DNA of 64,000 bases. Source: Lophium mytilinum. Its lineage: Eukaryota. Location: NCBI GenBank assembly GCA_010093605.1, contig MU004196.1, positions 1,448,606-1,512,605 of the forward strand, in the 5' to 3' direction. The notes under the pieces are model-generated. The model saw only the letters and a list, made by a program, of their open reading frames with translations. It made no database searches and was not told the origin of the DNA. Positions 1 through 12,790 of the stretch are shown here, piece by piece. How positions within the stretch are numbered: the stretch's first letter is position 1; each line of letters starts with the position of its first letter. Both the position numbers and the translations under genes were made by a program.

Positions 1-977
1 TAGGATCCGTTATTGGCCATGATGATCGTCGTTAGAAGGAGCTATTCGGTTACGGATAATTCAGGGTTGATGCGAGCTGGAGGTTGTGTGGTCCTGTGAG
101 ACCTTATTCAATCATTGCTGTCACGTGAGCTAGCTCTAAACCGCGGCAGAGCATCAACACCATTGCGTAGATGGATCACTGCTGAATACTGATTGATGAG
201 GCTAGGAGAGACGATACGAGTGGCAAATTAGAACTAAGGACATCTCTCTTCGCTCGTGCTTGTCGGTTAGCTAGCTGGGCCACTCTGAGAGGTTACCGAA
301 GTCAAGTAACGCATTAAAGTCGAGCCCATCATAGAATATAGATCTATGACAGCTAAATACGGCACTCAATGGGTTTTTGAGGCTTTCAAAGAGCCTTGAC
401 ACGAAAACTGTCACCGAGCATATGCCACGGAGAGATAGATTCGCATAGTTTATGGGAATGGTCGAGTCGAAATTGACCGCTCGAAGCCGAAAGGCACCGG
501 GGCCTACATATATGCTCGAACGCTCTTCCACCAGTACAGCAAGAAAGGACGCCGCCTTCTGCACTCCCCGGATTCCCCGGATTCTGGCACTCATCCAATC
601 AGTTGAGGCGGAAGGGCGTGCTGAGATGTGCGCAGACATGCTCGGACCCTTCCCCAGATCCGCGATCCGGGCGGAACGTCCCTTCTCCATGTGCCTCGCC
701 CACACCCCTGTCTTCCGTCCTTCTCCACGCGGGGAATCTAGATCGGCGCCATGCTAGCAGCTACAGCCTGAGCCTGAATCAACATACATAAGTACCAAAT
801 ACCATGATGCGCGCGTCTCGAGTGTTTTCATGTCCTTTTGCTCTCACCGCCTCGTGTTCTTGTCAAGGCTACGTCTTCTATCCACTCACGCGATCATTGT
901 CGTCCCATTTTCTGGCATGACAGACTAGAGAAACCGTATCAAAAGAGCTAGAGTGTCTGTATAGAGTGGGGTCCGGC

Positions 978-3305
978 ATGGAGCAGCGAACGCGCCGCAC
1001 GGTAAAAGCATGCGTCATCTGCCACAAGAAAAAGGTCCGCTGCGACATCGACATCGTCGAGGGCAACTCGTGTACCAATTGCGTGCGCGATGACTACGAA
1101 TGCGTGCCCAGAGAGAGAAAACGGAAACGGTATACCATCAGCACATCCCCACCAGCGACCACATCGCGGACGACGCGTGCGAAACAGGCCGCAGAGGACC
1201 AGCGCATCCACGAAGAGGACGCCCATACGACAAACGGCAATGGCGTCTCCATCCACGAAAATGGCTTTGGAGAAGGGCGTAGCCAGGCCCGAGATGACAT
1301 GCGGCAGGATAGCTACACTACCCCTAGCACCGGCCTCGCATCTGAGCATAACATCGACCCCTCCTTGCACAACTACGGCAGCGGCAACACACCCGTCAAC
1401 GCCAGCTATCTCGGTCGCCTAGAATACATCCGCAATGACGTCCCAGTGAACGATGAAGGCACCGTACCTGACCGAGCTCCACACCGACTCTCAGAAACAG
1501 ACCTCGAGATCATGCGCGTACAGCGCGTCTCCGAACTGCCACCACGAGCAATCCGCGAGTCGCTACTGGATGCTTTTTGGACGCGATGCTACCCCTGGAC
1601 GCCGGTGGTGGAGCGGCATTGGGTCGAAGACCAGCCTTCGAACAATGTTTCACTGTTACTGCTACACGCGATGCTCCTAGCGGGGAGTCGCGTGTCCTCC
1701 GTGTCTCCAGGGTACTCGCCCGAAGACTTCTACAAAAAAGCGAGGGTGTTGTTTTGGATGGGGGCGGAGGAAGATCCGATTGTCACAATCGCGGCGGCGT
1801 GTTTGCTGCACTGGTGGAATCCAGCGGGGCCGGAGAGGGTGTCGCTTGATACGAGTGGGTTTTGGCTGCGCATTGCGGTCGGTTTGGCGTATCAGGTTGG
1901 TCTACACAGAGAACCAGTAAAAAAGGCGGACGCGGGGTTGAGGAGGCGGATTTGGTGGTCTCTGGTGGTAGGTTTTATTTCCATCCTATCAGGAAAATGA
2001 GTTGTAACTAATTTTGCTCAAGGTGCGAGATTGCTTGATCAATGCTGGACATGGTCGGCCTCGCGCCATCGATTTGAAGCTGACAGATGTATCACCACCT
2101 ACGGCGCATGATTTCGAAGGCGATACCGCAAGAGCAAATCTATTTTCTTCTTATGTCACGATATCGTCTATTCTAGGTAAGCCGTAGGACTATCCTTCAG
2201 CTCCGAACCAGTAGCTGATGTAAGACAAGGCGACCTAACACAAAGTTTTCTCACCAAAACCGGCTTCCAAGAACAAAAAAGCCAGATAGAAAACCACCTC
2301 TATCGCTGGCTGAAAACTCTCCCCGATTCCCTCCATCTCTGCCGACCAGAGCATGGCAGGCTTCTAAAACAATACAACTTCGAGTCACGACAACTGCATG
2401 TCCAAGTAAAGCTCCCCTTCTCACGCCCCAAAACCGAGCACAGCTAACACTCGATAACCAGTACTTTACCGTCCTCATAATAATCAACCGCTCTCGCGAC
2501 GCCCGAGGTCCTCCATCAACCGCATCCCTCCTCGCCTCCTCCTTCCTCGCCGGCATCTTCGAAGACTTCCTCGCCCGCGACGAACTGCGCTACCTAGGTC
2601 CCATCTTCACCTTCTACCTCCTCGTAGCAGGCATGGCGCAACTATCCTGCTACCGCTACACCGGCCTCTGGGACGCCGCCGCAAAAGACCTAGACGTCAT
2701 GTTCCGCGCGCTCGACGAGCTCGCAAAAAGATGGCCGAGCGCAGTGGGGAGTTTGCGACATCTGTAAGCCTATGATCCCTGACCTTCAACCCCTGAAACA
2801 TGCTAACACTCCACGCTTCAGAACCGACGTACGAGACAAGATCGTCATGCGCCCAACCGCCCTCCCCCACTTCCCCCACCACAACCTCACCCCCGAACGC
2901 CTCCAATTCTTCGAAGACTTCGGCCCCGAGCTCTGCCGCATGTGGGTCGCCATCCACGAAGGCCACCGCGACGGCATCCAGCGCATCCACCCCTCGCGCG
3001 AGATCGAGACCGCGGGGATCCTGCAAGGGCTGCGCACCCCCGTCACGATGCTCGAAGGGCTGGGGGTGGATGGCGCAGACGGCGAGCTGAATGATGGAAG
3101 AGCGGACAGCGAGTGCACGAATGGGGACCGGGATGGGATCTACGCGTATGGCGGCCGGAGGGATGAGCTGGGGCATGCGTTTGGGGGGGGCATGGCGGGG
3201 TTGGGGTATGAGACGGCGCTGATGCAGCCGTCGGCGGATTTGATGGCGCAGTATGAGGGGATTGGGAATTGGTTGCTTATTGATTGGGATCAGGGGCTTG
3301 GATGA
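978..3305 (+). CDS. Zn(II)2Cys6 fungal transcription factor with fungal-specific TF (MHR) domain, Ctf1beta/FarB-like; multi-exon
   Basis: ATG 978; C6 cluster ACVICHKKKVRCD...CTNCVRDDYEC; MHR motifs 'AYQVGLHRE', 'RRRIWWSLV'; GT-AG introns from 1968 onward; final exon ends GNWLLIDWDQGLG*. Confidence 0.9.
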
Positions 3306-3569
3306 GGGGGTGCGGGCATGTAGTCATAGGAAAGTAATAGTTGGCACTGCTGCTGCGACTTCGTGCGGTGCCCTGGAGGGTCTTGAGACTTCGCATTTGA
3401 TGGAAAGGTGAGTGCAGTGGAAATTAGGTTGGTTTTCGACTGTCCATTGACATAATAACCGGGCTAACCTTCACACTCGTATCAAGCGAGCAAAAGTGGA
3501 GGCGGAAAATTCCAACAATCTATTGGGGCACTCCATGCAACTACAAGGAATGCCCATACCTATGTATAT

Positions 3570-6106
3570 TTACAGCTTAGACAATATCCGTTTTCCGTCG
3601 TCTCCGCTCCCCTTAACCACCTCCTCGCTCCTCCAATCCACATTGAAGACCGTCTTATTCATCTCGTCGTTCTTCCTATGCGCGCGATCGTACAAATCTT
3701 CGTACACTCGTCCATCATACCGTCCGAGGGCGCTGTCAAGCAGGTATCCCGGAATTGCCCATGCGTCCACGAGCTTCACGGCGTGGGGTCGTAGCTCGGA
3801 CATCAGCGATAGGATGGTGTCTGGGAGAGCGTCCAGGGTTGGTTGCGAGACAGCGAGGGAAGTTAGGAAAGGGAGGGGAGAATTTGAGAGGGTGTATAGC
3901 GTGTACAGACGGAAGCATGTGCGAAGGACGGAGGGGGTTGGTGCGCTGAGAGAAGAAGAGGATGTGGAAGCGAAGGCGCGGTGGAAGGTTGTGGTGAGGA
4001 TTTGCTCGGAGTAGGCTGTGGGCATTAGCTTCGGGACGACATGAACAGAGAGGAAGACAGCGTACCGCGGCTCAACTCGTGCAGTTGGATGAGGAGCGAG
4101 TTCCATGATTTCTTGTCTACGACGCGAGCGCGGTAGGCGCGGTAGGTCTAAGATGTTTTAGCATGACATGTTTGGTAAGAAGAGTAAGGGGAAGTACAAG
4201 GTCTGCTGCGCGCCATTGGAAGATTTCGACTATTGCTTTGTCGTCGATATTGGTTCCGTGGATGGCGTTCTGGGGTATCCGATGATCCCGTTGCCGGATG
4301 TACATCTGGAAGAGCTCGTCTACCGAGTCTGCTGGTGGTGAGTCTGGCTTTTCAACCGCTGTAGTCATCTTCTTGATGAGGTAGGCTGCGACTTGCTGAG
4401 TTATCATCCAGTTGTCGCCTTCGACGGTGGGTTTGGAGAGGTAGCTAATACCATTAGCTGCAATCTAGCGTTGGATAGGACAGGATTTGCGGACTAACTC
4501 GGCATTGATCCCAACCAACCCGCTTCCACCCCCAAACCCATGCCCACCCATAGCCCTCCGACACGTCTCTGAACATGATCATGAGTATCAAGGCCCAATA
4601 TGCACAAGACCGAGCCCAAACTCACCAATCCCATCCGCCGCCAAAGTCGTACACAAACTCTTCAATCCTGAGCTCGCACTATGCAACTCCGCAATCGTGC
4701 TGAAATCCCCCCTCTCAATACTCTCCCTCGTACTCCCATACAACTCAAACATCATCTCGCCCGTATAATGCAATGCAAAGGTCGTCGCTAGCAGCGGCAG
4801 AATCCTAATCTGCACCGTCGGATAATCCAACACCTTCATCTCCGGGCCTGCACCTTTCTCATCCCGGTCGTGAAACTGCCGTCGTACGCAGGAATACCTC
4901 ACCGCGATCGTCACGGCGCGTGCGAGGACGAGCCGGGCATTCATGATGATGTTCGCGCGGACGAAGGTGAGCGAGCCGTAGACGAGGCCGGGGTGGCCGC
5001 GTTTGGTGAAGGCGCCGGTGGAGTCGTCGAGGGTGGCGTAGCGGCTGAGCATTGCGGATTTGGAGACGCGGAAGTGGTCGAAGAGCATGTAGCCGTTGTC
5101 CATGGAGGCGTAGCCGTACTTGGGGCCGATGTCGCCAACGACGATGCCAGGAAGAGGCAGGTGGGTTTTGGTGTCGCGGATTTGCACGATGAAGGGATGA
5201 GGTCCATGCGATTTGAGCGCCGACCCAGATTTGGGCGATGGGATGAGAATCTGGGCGACTACGATCTATACGTGGTTTAGAGATACTGAACTGGCGGGGA
5301 CTTGTGAGGGTGTTGGGAAGATTACGGCGTGTGTTGCTGTCCGGCCCATTGAGCCGTTCCACCACTGTCATGTATCAGCTTTGAAATCGAATAGAAAGAT
5401 GACATGAAAGTACTTTCGAAGCTGTGAGAGTCGGACTATGGATCTCAAATTCTTTCTTTTCCGGATCCCATGTGGCGGTCGTCTCCAAGCCCCGGACATT
5501 GCTACCGTGACCAAGCTCCGACTGCGCATAGCAGCCCAAGATGCTCCAATCCATAATCTTAGGCATCCAGTAAGCTCTCTGCTCGTCACTCGCCTGTTCT
5601 CGTATGGTCGTTACTGCATTGTGGCATCAGCTCCGTATCATCTTCAAGGGGTTGTGGACACGTGCCGAACATGGTCAAATGTAAATGAAACGGCGACATC
5701 TCATCGGTGAGATACTCCGCCATCTTCGCGTCTTCATGGTCCCAGCTATGCTTGTGGACGAGTCTGCGTATTGCTTTCGCTCTTGCGAGGCCGAGATGGT
5801 AGCGGTCCTTCGTACTCGTTAGCATCAAGTTCCCTATGCATAGTCGCGTCTCTTATACTCGATGTCGATATCATTGTGTGGAAAAACAGTTCTCACCGGC
5901 CTCGAAAGGTTCATCTGCTGACTTTTATCAAACAGCTTCTCGCCCTCCAGCACCTTACAGATTCGGTTTTGCCTTTCCAAAAAGCCATCTCTTGACAGCA
6001 AGTGCTTCGACAGAGCATCCGCGTCTATATTAGACCCAGCTCGCTCCCCCGCAAGCGTGGCTGCACCATCGTAAGCAGGCTTAAGGGCGTCCGTGAAGTC
6101 AGGCAT
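3570..6106 (-). CDS. Peroxisomal acyl-CoA oxidase, multi-exon, C-terminal PTS1 SKL
   Basis: Motifs 'GCYAQSELGHGSNVRGLETTAT', 'GDIGPKYGY..MDNG', 'TIAVRYSCVRRQF', 'LRPHAVKLVDAW', 'SALGRYDGRVYE'; ends ILSKL*. Confidence 0.95.
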
Positions 6107-6259
6107 TGCAGTAGTCAATTGCCTAAAGCTCCGCGAAAAGGTCTTCCATGTATATAAAAAGGTCAAATGTAATACCTACTCCAGAACCTCATTCGATCTC
6201 GCATACGTCGCGTTCTCACGCGTCGAGTCTTTCGATCCATGTCGTGATGTCGTCGTAGT

Positions 6260-6265
6260 CCTCGG
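6260..6265. promoter_or_regulatory. Candidate FarA/FarB (Ctf1) site CCTCGG upstream of acyl-CoA oxidase
   Basis: CCTCGG about 155 bp upstream of the ATG at 6106; this is the known Far consensus, but a 6-mer can occur by chance. Confidence 0.35.
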
Positions 6266-6597
6266 CATGTCATGTGGGCGTAGCATGACATAGCGGGGCA
6301 AAGGGACCGGCGATCTTCGGTAATTCATGATCCAGGAACTGTTACTCGACAACGGCGACTAGATTAGTTTGGCGGGCCGATCGCGGGGAGGTGGATCTGG
6401 GTGGCTTGTGATTATTTCCGGCTTTATAAAATTTCCGGTGTTCTAGACTGTGTAGAGTATGATTGAAGCATCAGGATCCGGGACAGTAGTCTATTCCGTT
6501 TGAAGGTGGTAACTAGAGAAATTTCTATTGCGGGCTTCAGCACATGTGGCGCCTTTGAGTACCTATCTTCTTGCAATGATTTGAACATCCAAACTTG

Positions 6598-8952
6598 CTA
6601 GAGTATAACTATCTCAGTCTTCTGTTCCTCCCACTCGAGGCATGGAGGCTGGGCACCGCCCCTCCAAGGACGGATTCCAACATGGACCAGCCCAACACGT
6701 TGATACATATCTTCCCTGCCTGGTTTCTTCCGCAGTAGCAATGCGCATTCGCGCTCTTCCTCGCGAAGATCATGGAACACTATAGCAACCTTCGCTAGAT
6801 ACAGTTCGGTGGACTCCGATATCTGGTCGACTCCCTCGGCGCTCCAGTCGTAGTCGTGGTGGACCATACTATTATCTAATTGGGTATATTCTTCGGCCCC
6901 GGCTTCAGATGGTTGTTGTCGAGGGACAAGATGGTGTCCACCTCGTCCAGCATCTTTCCAAAAATCTCCGGTTCCGATCTGTACACGCCATGTTCGTACT
7001 TCCAAGTGCGCCTTTGCATGAATCCGTCCAGCAAGGGGATCAGGTTCGCCAGTGGGGAGTATATGCTGAGCAGCACAGTCAACGATATCTATCATGGGTC
7101 GAATGGATCCAGGCTCATCCCGAAATGAATAGTAGTCGATGGGGCCATCCACTGAAGCCCAAGACCATGAAGGCCAATAGAAACGATTCGCTGGCCTTGG
7201 AGGGCCTGGTTCAAAATTGTAGGACCGCATCCAGAGTAGATCTTGAATCAGAGTAGGTCCTTCCCAAAGTCCATCTAGATACTGGCCCGTAAAGAAGCGA
7301 CTCATTTGGCGTGCTATCCCACTGAATGCTGGTATTCGATCAGAGTTCTGCGTGAGATCAAGGGCGGTGTATTCGATGACCATCTGCCGCCATTGCACTC
7401 CAACTGTTGTTGCATCATTCCCAGTGACTGCGTTGATTTTGGCGTCGTTGTACCAGAGTTTGTAAAGGCTCGGCGGTTGCGTACCGGTGCATTGGCAGAT
7501 CTTGTGTTCGCTACACTCCCAGAGAAGCTCCCTTTTGGAAAATTTCAACATACGACCGGATAAAAGACGCTCTTGATAACCCCACCCACGAGTTAGAAGA
7601 GGCCAATCTTTAGCTTGGTGGTTATACGTAGGTCCACTGACGTGGGGTATTACCTCTCGGACGTAAACCTTGTTATAGCTTCCATCTTCACCAGCAACAT
7701 TGATTGTCGGCTCTTGATATATACAGCTCTCGGACGATTCCAGAGATGTCTTACGTCGTTCATCATCTTCGTCTTGGTGAGACAGCCGTTCTTGACTGCT
7801 GGCAGCAGAGACAGCCGCAAGCGTGAAAATCGCTTTGGAGTACACCGTGGCCATTCTATGGGCCTCGCGCTCCCAGTCCTCTTCGCTATCCTGGAGAATA
7901 CAGAGGCTATCGATCCATAAATACTGATACCCTAATCGTCTAGTAGTCTGCACCACGTCTGCGAAAAGTGGCGGGAGGCTGCGCAGAGGAATGCTAGTCT
8001 TGCGGTCCAAAAGAGTGTTAGTAGTGGTTGTAAGCGTCTGCTCGTCACGTCCCCAGCAGTGGCTCAAACAAACGTACTGCTCTTTTGTACCGCTCTCCGG
8101 CTCAATCAGCCTAATAGGGGCGTCTATCATTGATTGTGGAGCCCCGAGATCCAAGACTCTGGTGGGTAGGAAGGATGCTTCGTCTATCATGCATTTCTTG
8201 TGCTGAGAAAGACATTGATTGATCCATTTCCGAGCATCATCAAGGCTCTCTTCGGAAATTCCGGATAGTGGCACGCAGTCACCCTCTCCAATTGCTGACC
8301 AAGGCGTTGAATGACCTGCGATACGATCAGCCACATAGTGAACAGATCAGTAAAGAAAGAAGATGGTAGGTTAGAACTTCGGACCATGTTCAACGAAGAA
8401 ATCATAGAAGGTCGGACCCGACACTCCGATCCTCAAGGCCCTCGTTTGCGAGGCGGAGGGAGGGATTCCCCACAATGATTTTTCGTCCTTTACGAGCAGT
8501 GAGTTCCACGCAGCGAGTCCATCATAGACCAATTTACAACTTAGACATCCTCTTTCTGCGGCTGCTCGCACGTCCGACGATGTGCAATTGATGTATCTCG
8601 TTGAATTTGTGAGGTAGTCGGAGTGATGGCCCCCGAAGATTTTCCCATTCTTCCAGTCTAAGTCCAGACAATATGGGCAATGCGCAAATGTTCTCCCCGG
8701 CGCTGGTTTGGATACAGAATCTGAGAATTCTGTTGAATCGTCTTGAAATATTTGATGATCGAATTGATCTTTGCGACGGCGCAACCGGTCTTCTCTTGCG
8801 ACGACACCACCAGAGGCGAGGTCGCGCAAAGAGATCAATGGTTCACGGGGGTCCATCTCGATGAGCGTCACCTTCTTTAAAGAGTAGGTCGAGGGTGGTA
8901 CTGGAACGTGATGGATGGAGATGCGTGTGCTGTGGTTTTGACGCGAGGACAT
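6598..8952 (-). CDS. HET (heterokaryon incompatibility) domain protein, 2 exons
   Basis: HET motifs 'LPTRVLDLG', 'YVCLSHCWG', 'YLWIDSLCILQD..DW', 'RGWGYQERLLS', 'PSWSWASV'; ORFs 8371-8964 and 6598-8334 are joined by an intron at about 8315-8386; N-terminal CxxC...GCxxC. Confidence 0.88.
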
Positions 8953-9055
8953 CGCGCCGGGCAATCATAAAAGAAGTGGCACTCTTAACTTGTACAGGGG
9001 TCACTCGTGCATCCATATGCCACTGCTCGAAGAAACTTCAATCCATCTGCAGACT

Positions 9056-9430
9056 TACAGTCTCAGGACATAAAGTTGGGGATTTTTGGCAGATGCTTGG
9101 GGCACCCCAAAAGGCTTTTGAAATATTCAAGACAAAGTAAGGCCCAACGCAGTGGATATCAAACTACCTTTTAACAAAACTAAAACAAGCCAGCTGGGGT
9201 ACTCTCTACAGTGGCGTTGGGCAATCAAGAGTGGAGCTGTAGTATTGATATATGCATAGGCTCTCAAAGACCAAAGGCGATGTGAAGGACAACGCAGGGG
9301 AAATCAGACTGCCTCTTGACATATGTAATACGTGCTAGCCAGGGTGCTTCTTACAGTGGGTTTGAGCGAGCAAGCTTGAAGCCTGGGCAGGCTTATATTT
9401 GTGTGGCCAAACTGATGACTGAGTACTTTA
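9056..9430 (+). mobile_element. Degenerate composite (about two partial copies) of MITE family A
   Basis: Twice contains family A internal motifs (cttggggcacccc; cagactgcctcttgac; acagtgg) and has TIR-like ends. Confidence 0.55.
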
Positions 9431-9598
9431 TACACAGGAGGACGTCGTGAGTGAGCCAACTTCTGCCCAGTGTGGACATCTCAGCTAGGTTATCGTACCG
9501 GCCGCTAGAGCCCCTAAACCCTACTACCTTGTTTTAATACAGCTCATCATGATTCCGTACCCTCCACATTTTGGTACACCCAAAAGCTTAAGGGTTGC

Positions 9599-10036
9599 GT
9601 GTCAAACTTGCTCTTCTACTCAACTCTATACTGCAAATACAGCAAAGTCGCCATTAGTATCCAGTATCAAGCACACTTAACGACGCGCGATGGGAAATAT
9701 CAATGCGACGTCGCAGGGTTCACGTTCTCAGCTGATTCCGGCGTTAGCCCTGGTCAGCAGAAGCAACCAGAAACACTTCTTTGGGGCCGCTCAACTGGGC
9801 CGTGTGGCGTCCTTCTGGATGAGGAGGATGATATAGTCGCTCGCAATTCTGGGCGAAGTTGCCGCCTTGTTCTTATGTCAGAATATCGGCCGACGGTAGG
9901 GAGTGGGTATGAAAACTGGATGTTAGTTGCAGCGAGTGGTGAGAACTGGGAGCGTATTGCCATTGCGAGACTTGCACACGGGCGCTTGCAACTTTGGAAG
10001 CCGACAATATACACAACGGACATTTGTTTGATATAG
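9599..10036 (+). pseudogene. Possible remnant of a HET-type protein C-terminus
   Basis: No ATG start; ends with 'MLVAASGENWERIAIARL...TDICLI*', resembling the '..YQRVGL...EIVIL*' tail of the neighbouring HET protein. Confidence 0.3.
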
Positions 10037-11191
10037 ATTTACGAGGATGTAGCATTCGCCAGAGCACATGGGACCTGAACACGCCGGATTCGTGCCAATC
10101 AGGCTGTATAGTGCCTTCATAAATATGTCCGAGCGGAGTAAATCTGAAGCCGAGGGTGACACCGGAGTTCCAAGGGGGTTGTGCCACCGATCATGTGACT
10201 AATCTATCACCTGGTGAAGGTTACTAATTTAGAAAATACTCACGCATATGTACTGTACGTATCTTCTATATGTCATTGCACCTCAACAACACCAGTCTTT
10301 AGTCTTGTCCTTCCTATCATTCTTTAGCTGCAGACGAAGCCTGATATAAACTTAAATTTTAAATCTACACGCCTCTCCACCAAACCTCTCCCCGTCTACT
10401 CAAAGCTTGCGTGAGCAACATACTTCCTTTCAAGGACCGTTGCAGCACCCCTCGCTGGCTTAGGGCCTCCAATCAGCATTACGCGTTACTAGACTGAAAC
10501 AACCCGCACTTCGGCCCACTCCTTACCAATGATAGCAAGTAAGCTTAAGAACACGTCGTCTTCACGGAGACGCACCCGCCTTGGCAAACCTTCCACTACG
10601 CCTATATCTTTGAAGATAATAAGTCCTACCCTACTCAACCTACTTCAACGCCTGGCCTTCCGATAGATTGCTCTTAAGACTATGAAAGCGGACCTTGGAT
10701 CAGCTGAGGGAAAGATTGCGATCAGCGATATTACAAAGCTTGAGTGCAACTATAGTTGCGCCGTAGGACTCGCTTCATTTCCGGGCCACCTTTCAGATCT
10801 TTGGCCATCCTGTTAACACCGTCAGAGATTCTTCAACATACTTCCAGAGAAACGGTCAAGCTCGAAGCTTTCTGTGTACAATATCAAATCATCGATAAAT
10901 TTACTGGGCCACCTCCGACAACCTCTTATTGCGCCATCAGTAGCAAAGTATCGTCGACTTCGATTAAATTTTATGAGATATCTCATTCCCAAGTAATCAA
11001 GGGTATCGACCGCTTGTACTCCTCTGCCAGAATGCAGCCCACCGAAACTTAAGTCATGGACACATCTACAAAGCCAAAGCCAAAACCAATCCATGACTTC
11101 AAACCAGAACCAGTCCTATAACTACTCCACGCTTTTATTTTCCCGCGCCGCCCACCGTGCAAGAACTCCATTCCGACTTGAAACCCCCTCC

Positions 11192-12790
11192 TCACTCCAC
11201 CCACGTCTCCGCCCACGACTTCAACCCGTGCTCCTCCTCCATCAACCTCTTCATATCATCCCCTCTCAGCTGTATCAGCACCTCATACGGCGCCTCTTCA
11301 TCCATCGGCCGCGGATAAATCAGCACCGACCGATCGTGCTTGCTAAACGGCTTGCGCACAACCACACGCTTCCCAGGCTCCGTCGGCGTTTCAGTGCCAG
11401 GAATCCCCCAATCCGACACCAAGCCCCCGAAATCAAATGACGCCCAACTCGTGATGAAGACGTCCTGGGGGTAGTTGAAATCATAGAGATCGTCAGGGCT
11501 CGTCGCGGATCTGAGGCGCGCGAGGTGCGCCAGGCTCGCGGAGGGGCTCATGGACTCGATCTTCGCGCGGATGGCGTCGGCGGCGATGCTGATGGTGCGT
11601 GTAGAGACCCTGGTTGTGTGTGTCACGTTAGCATTGCTTTAAACCTATTGGGCGAATTTCGTCGCGCAGCAAAATCGGGAGCGGGAGGACATACTTAGGT
11701 TCATTCGTCAGCACTCCGGCGACTAATGGCGCCGCGATAATCGTCGACGCGTTCCCGATGAAGTCTTCATCAAGCGGCGGACGCAATCTGGGTCGCAGAT
11801 TGACGGCGACGGCGCACTGGGTTATCGAGTCTGGATCAACGCGCTCTTTGCGGGCGCGCGTAAAGTGCGTCCAGATCAAGGCGGCGAGGGTTTGGAAGAT
11901 TGTGAGAGTTTCGGGGGTTTTGACGTGCGGACGGAGCTCCTCGCGAAGCTTCGCAAGCTTCCCACGAGAGAAAGTGAAGAGCTGCGGTGTGCAATCGGGT
12001 ATGGGTGGAGAGTCGGGCGGCGACGAGGGGGTAGGGGAACCGACTTCGGTGCTTCCGGAGTCGGTGCTAGGGGTGGACAGTGGTATATCTTCTATGCGGG
12101 CGTCGATGGCGCGGCGGCTTGCGGAGGGGTCGTCGGTTGCTGTGAAGGTGTCAGTAGGTGGATTTGCCGCTGTAATGATCTTTTGAACGAGGAGCGCAAA
12201 CCTGGGGCATCGTCCCTTTTCAGTCGAATATTCTGTGCCAGCCTCGTCGCGAACGCGGAGAAGCCGCCGCCATCTATGACACCATGATGGCTGTAGAAGC
12301 TAAGAACAAGCCCCCCTTCGACAAAGAAAGCCTGCATGGCGAGAACAGGGATGGAGTGGGTCATTTCTAGACGTCCTTCAGCGACTGGCGACGCTATCCC
12401 CTTCCTATTTCGCAGTGATTCGGGCACCCAATCTTCGACGCGGATCATGCTCGGCGGAAAGCCTTGATCGTTGAGCCTTGCGTACGACAGTTGAGGGTCT
12501 GTCAAGTGGCTGGAGGCAAATACCCCAAATTCCTTAACATCGCGCACGTTGTCGGAGTAGAGGAGCGAGAACCTGCCTGTAGTTTCATCAACAGGCCCAG
12601 TGGTTCCCGCCAGGTACGGCCAGTGTTTAATGGTTGCTTGTAGCCCCTCCTTCAAGGCTTTTATCGCAAGCTGGCTCTTGTCGGCGTCTGGGAAAGGAAA
12701 GAGCATAGCAATCCGGACATAAGACCGGAACATTGTTTGGTCGATTGTCGAGAGGTAGAGGCTCGTAACGCCTACGTCAGGTTTTCCCAT
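11192..12790 (-). CDS. Transferase-family (Tri101-like) CoA-dependent acyltransferase, 3 exons
   Basis: 'WPYLAG', HxxxD motif 'SHHGVIDG', 'AVNLRPRL', DFGWG-like 'FDFGG'; introns at about 12140-12201 and 11610-11692 restore the frame. Confidence 0.85.

Noticed and set aside
271..791. Short ORFs upstream of the transcription factor
   Set aside because: Promoter/5' UTR context; no family signal
12092..12210. Apparent frameshifts in the acyltransferase (and similarly in acyl-CoA oxidase, CoA ligase and HET)
   Set aside because: All are resolved by canonical GT-AG introns with branch sites
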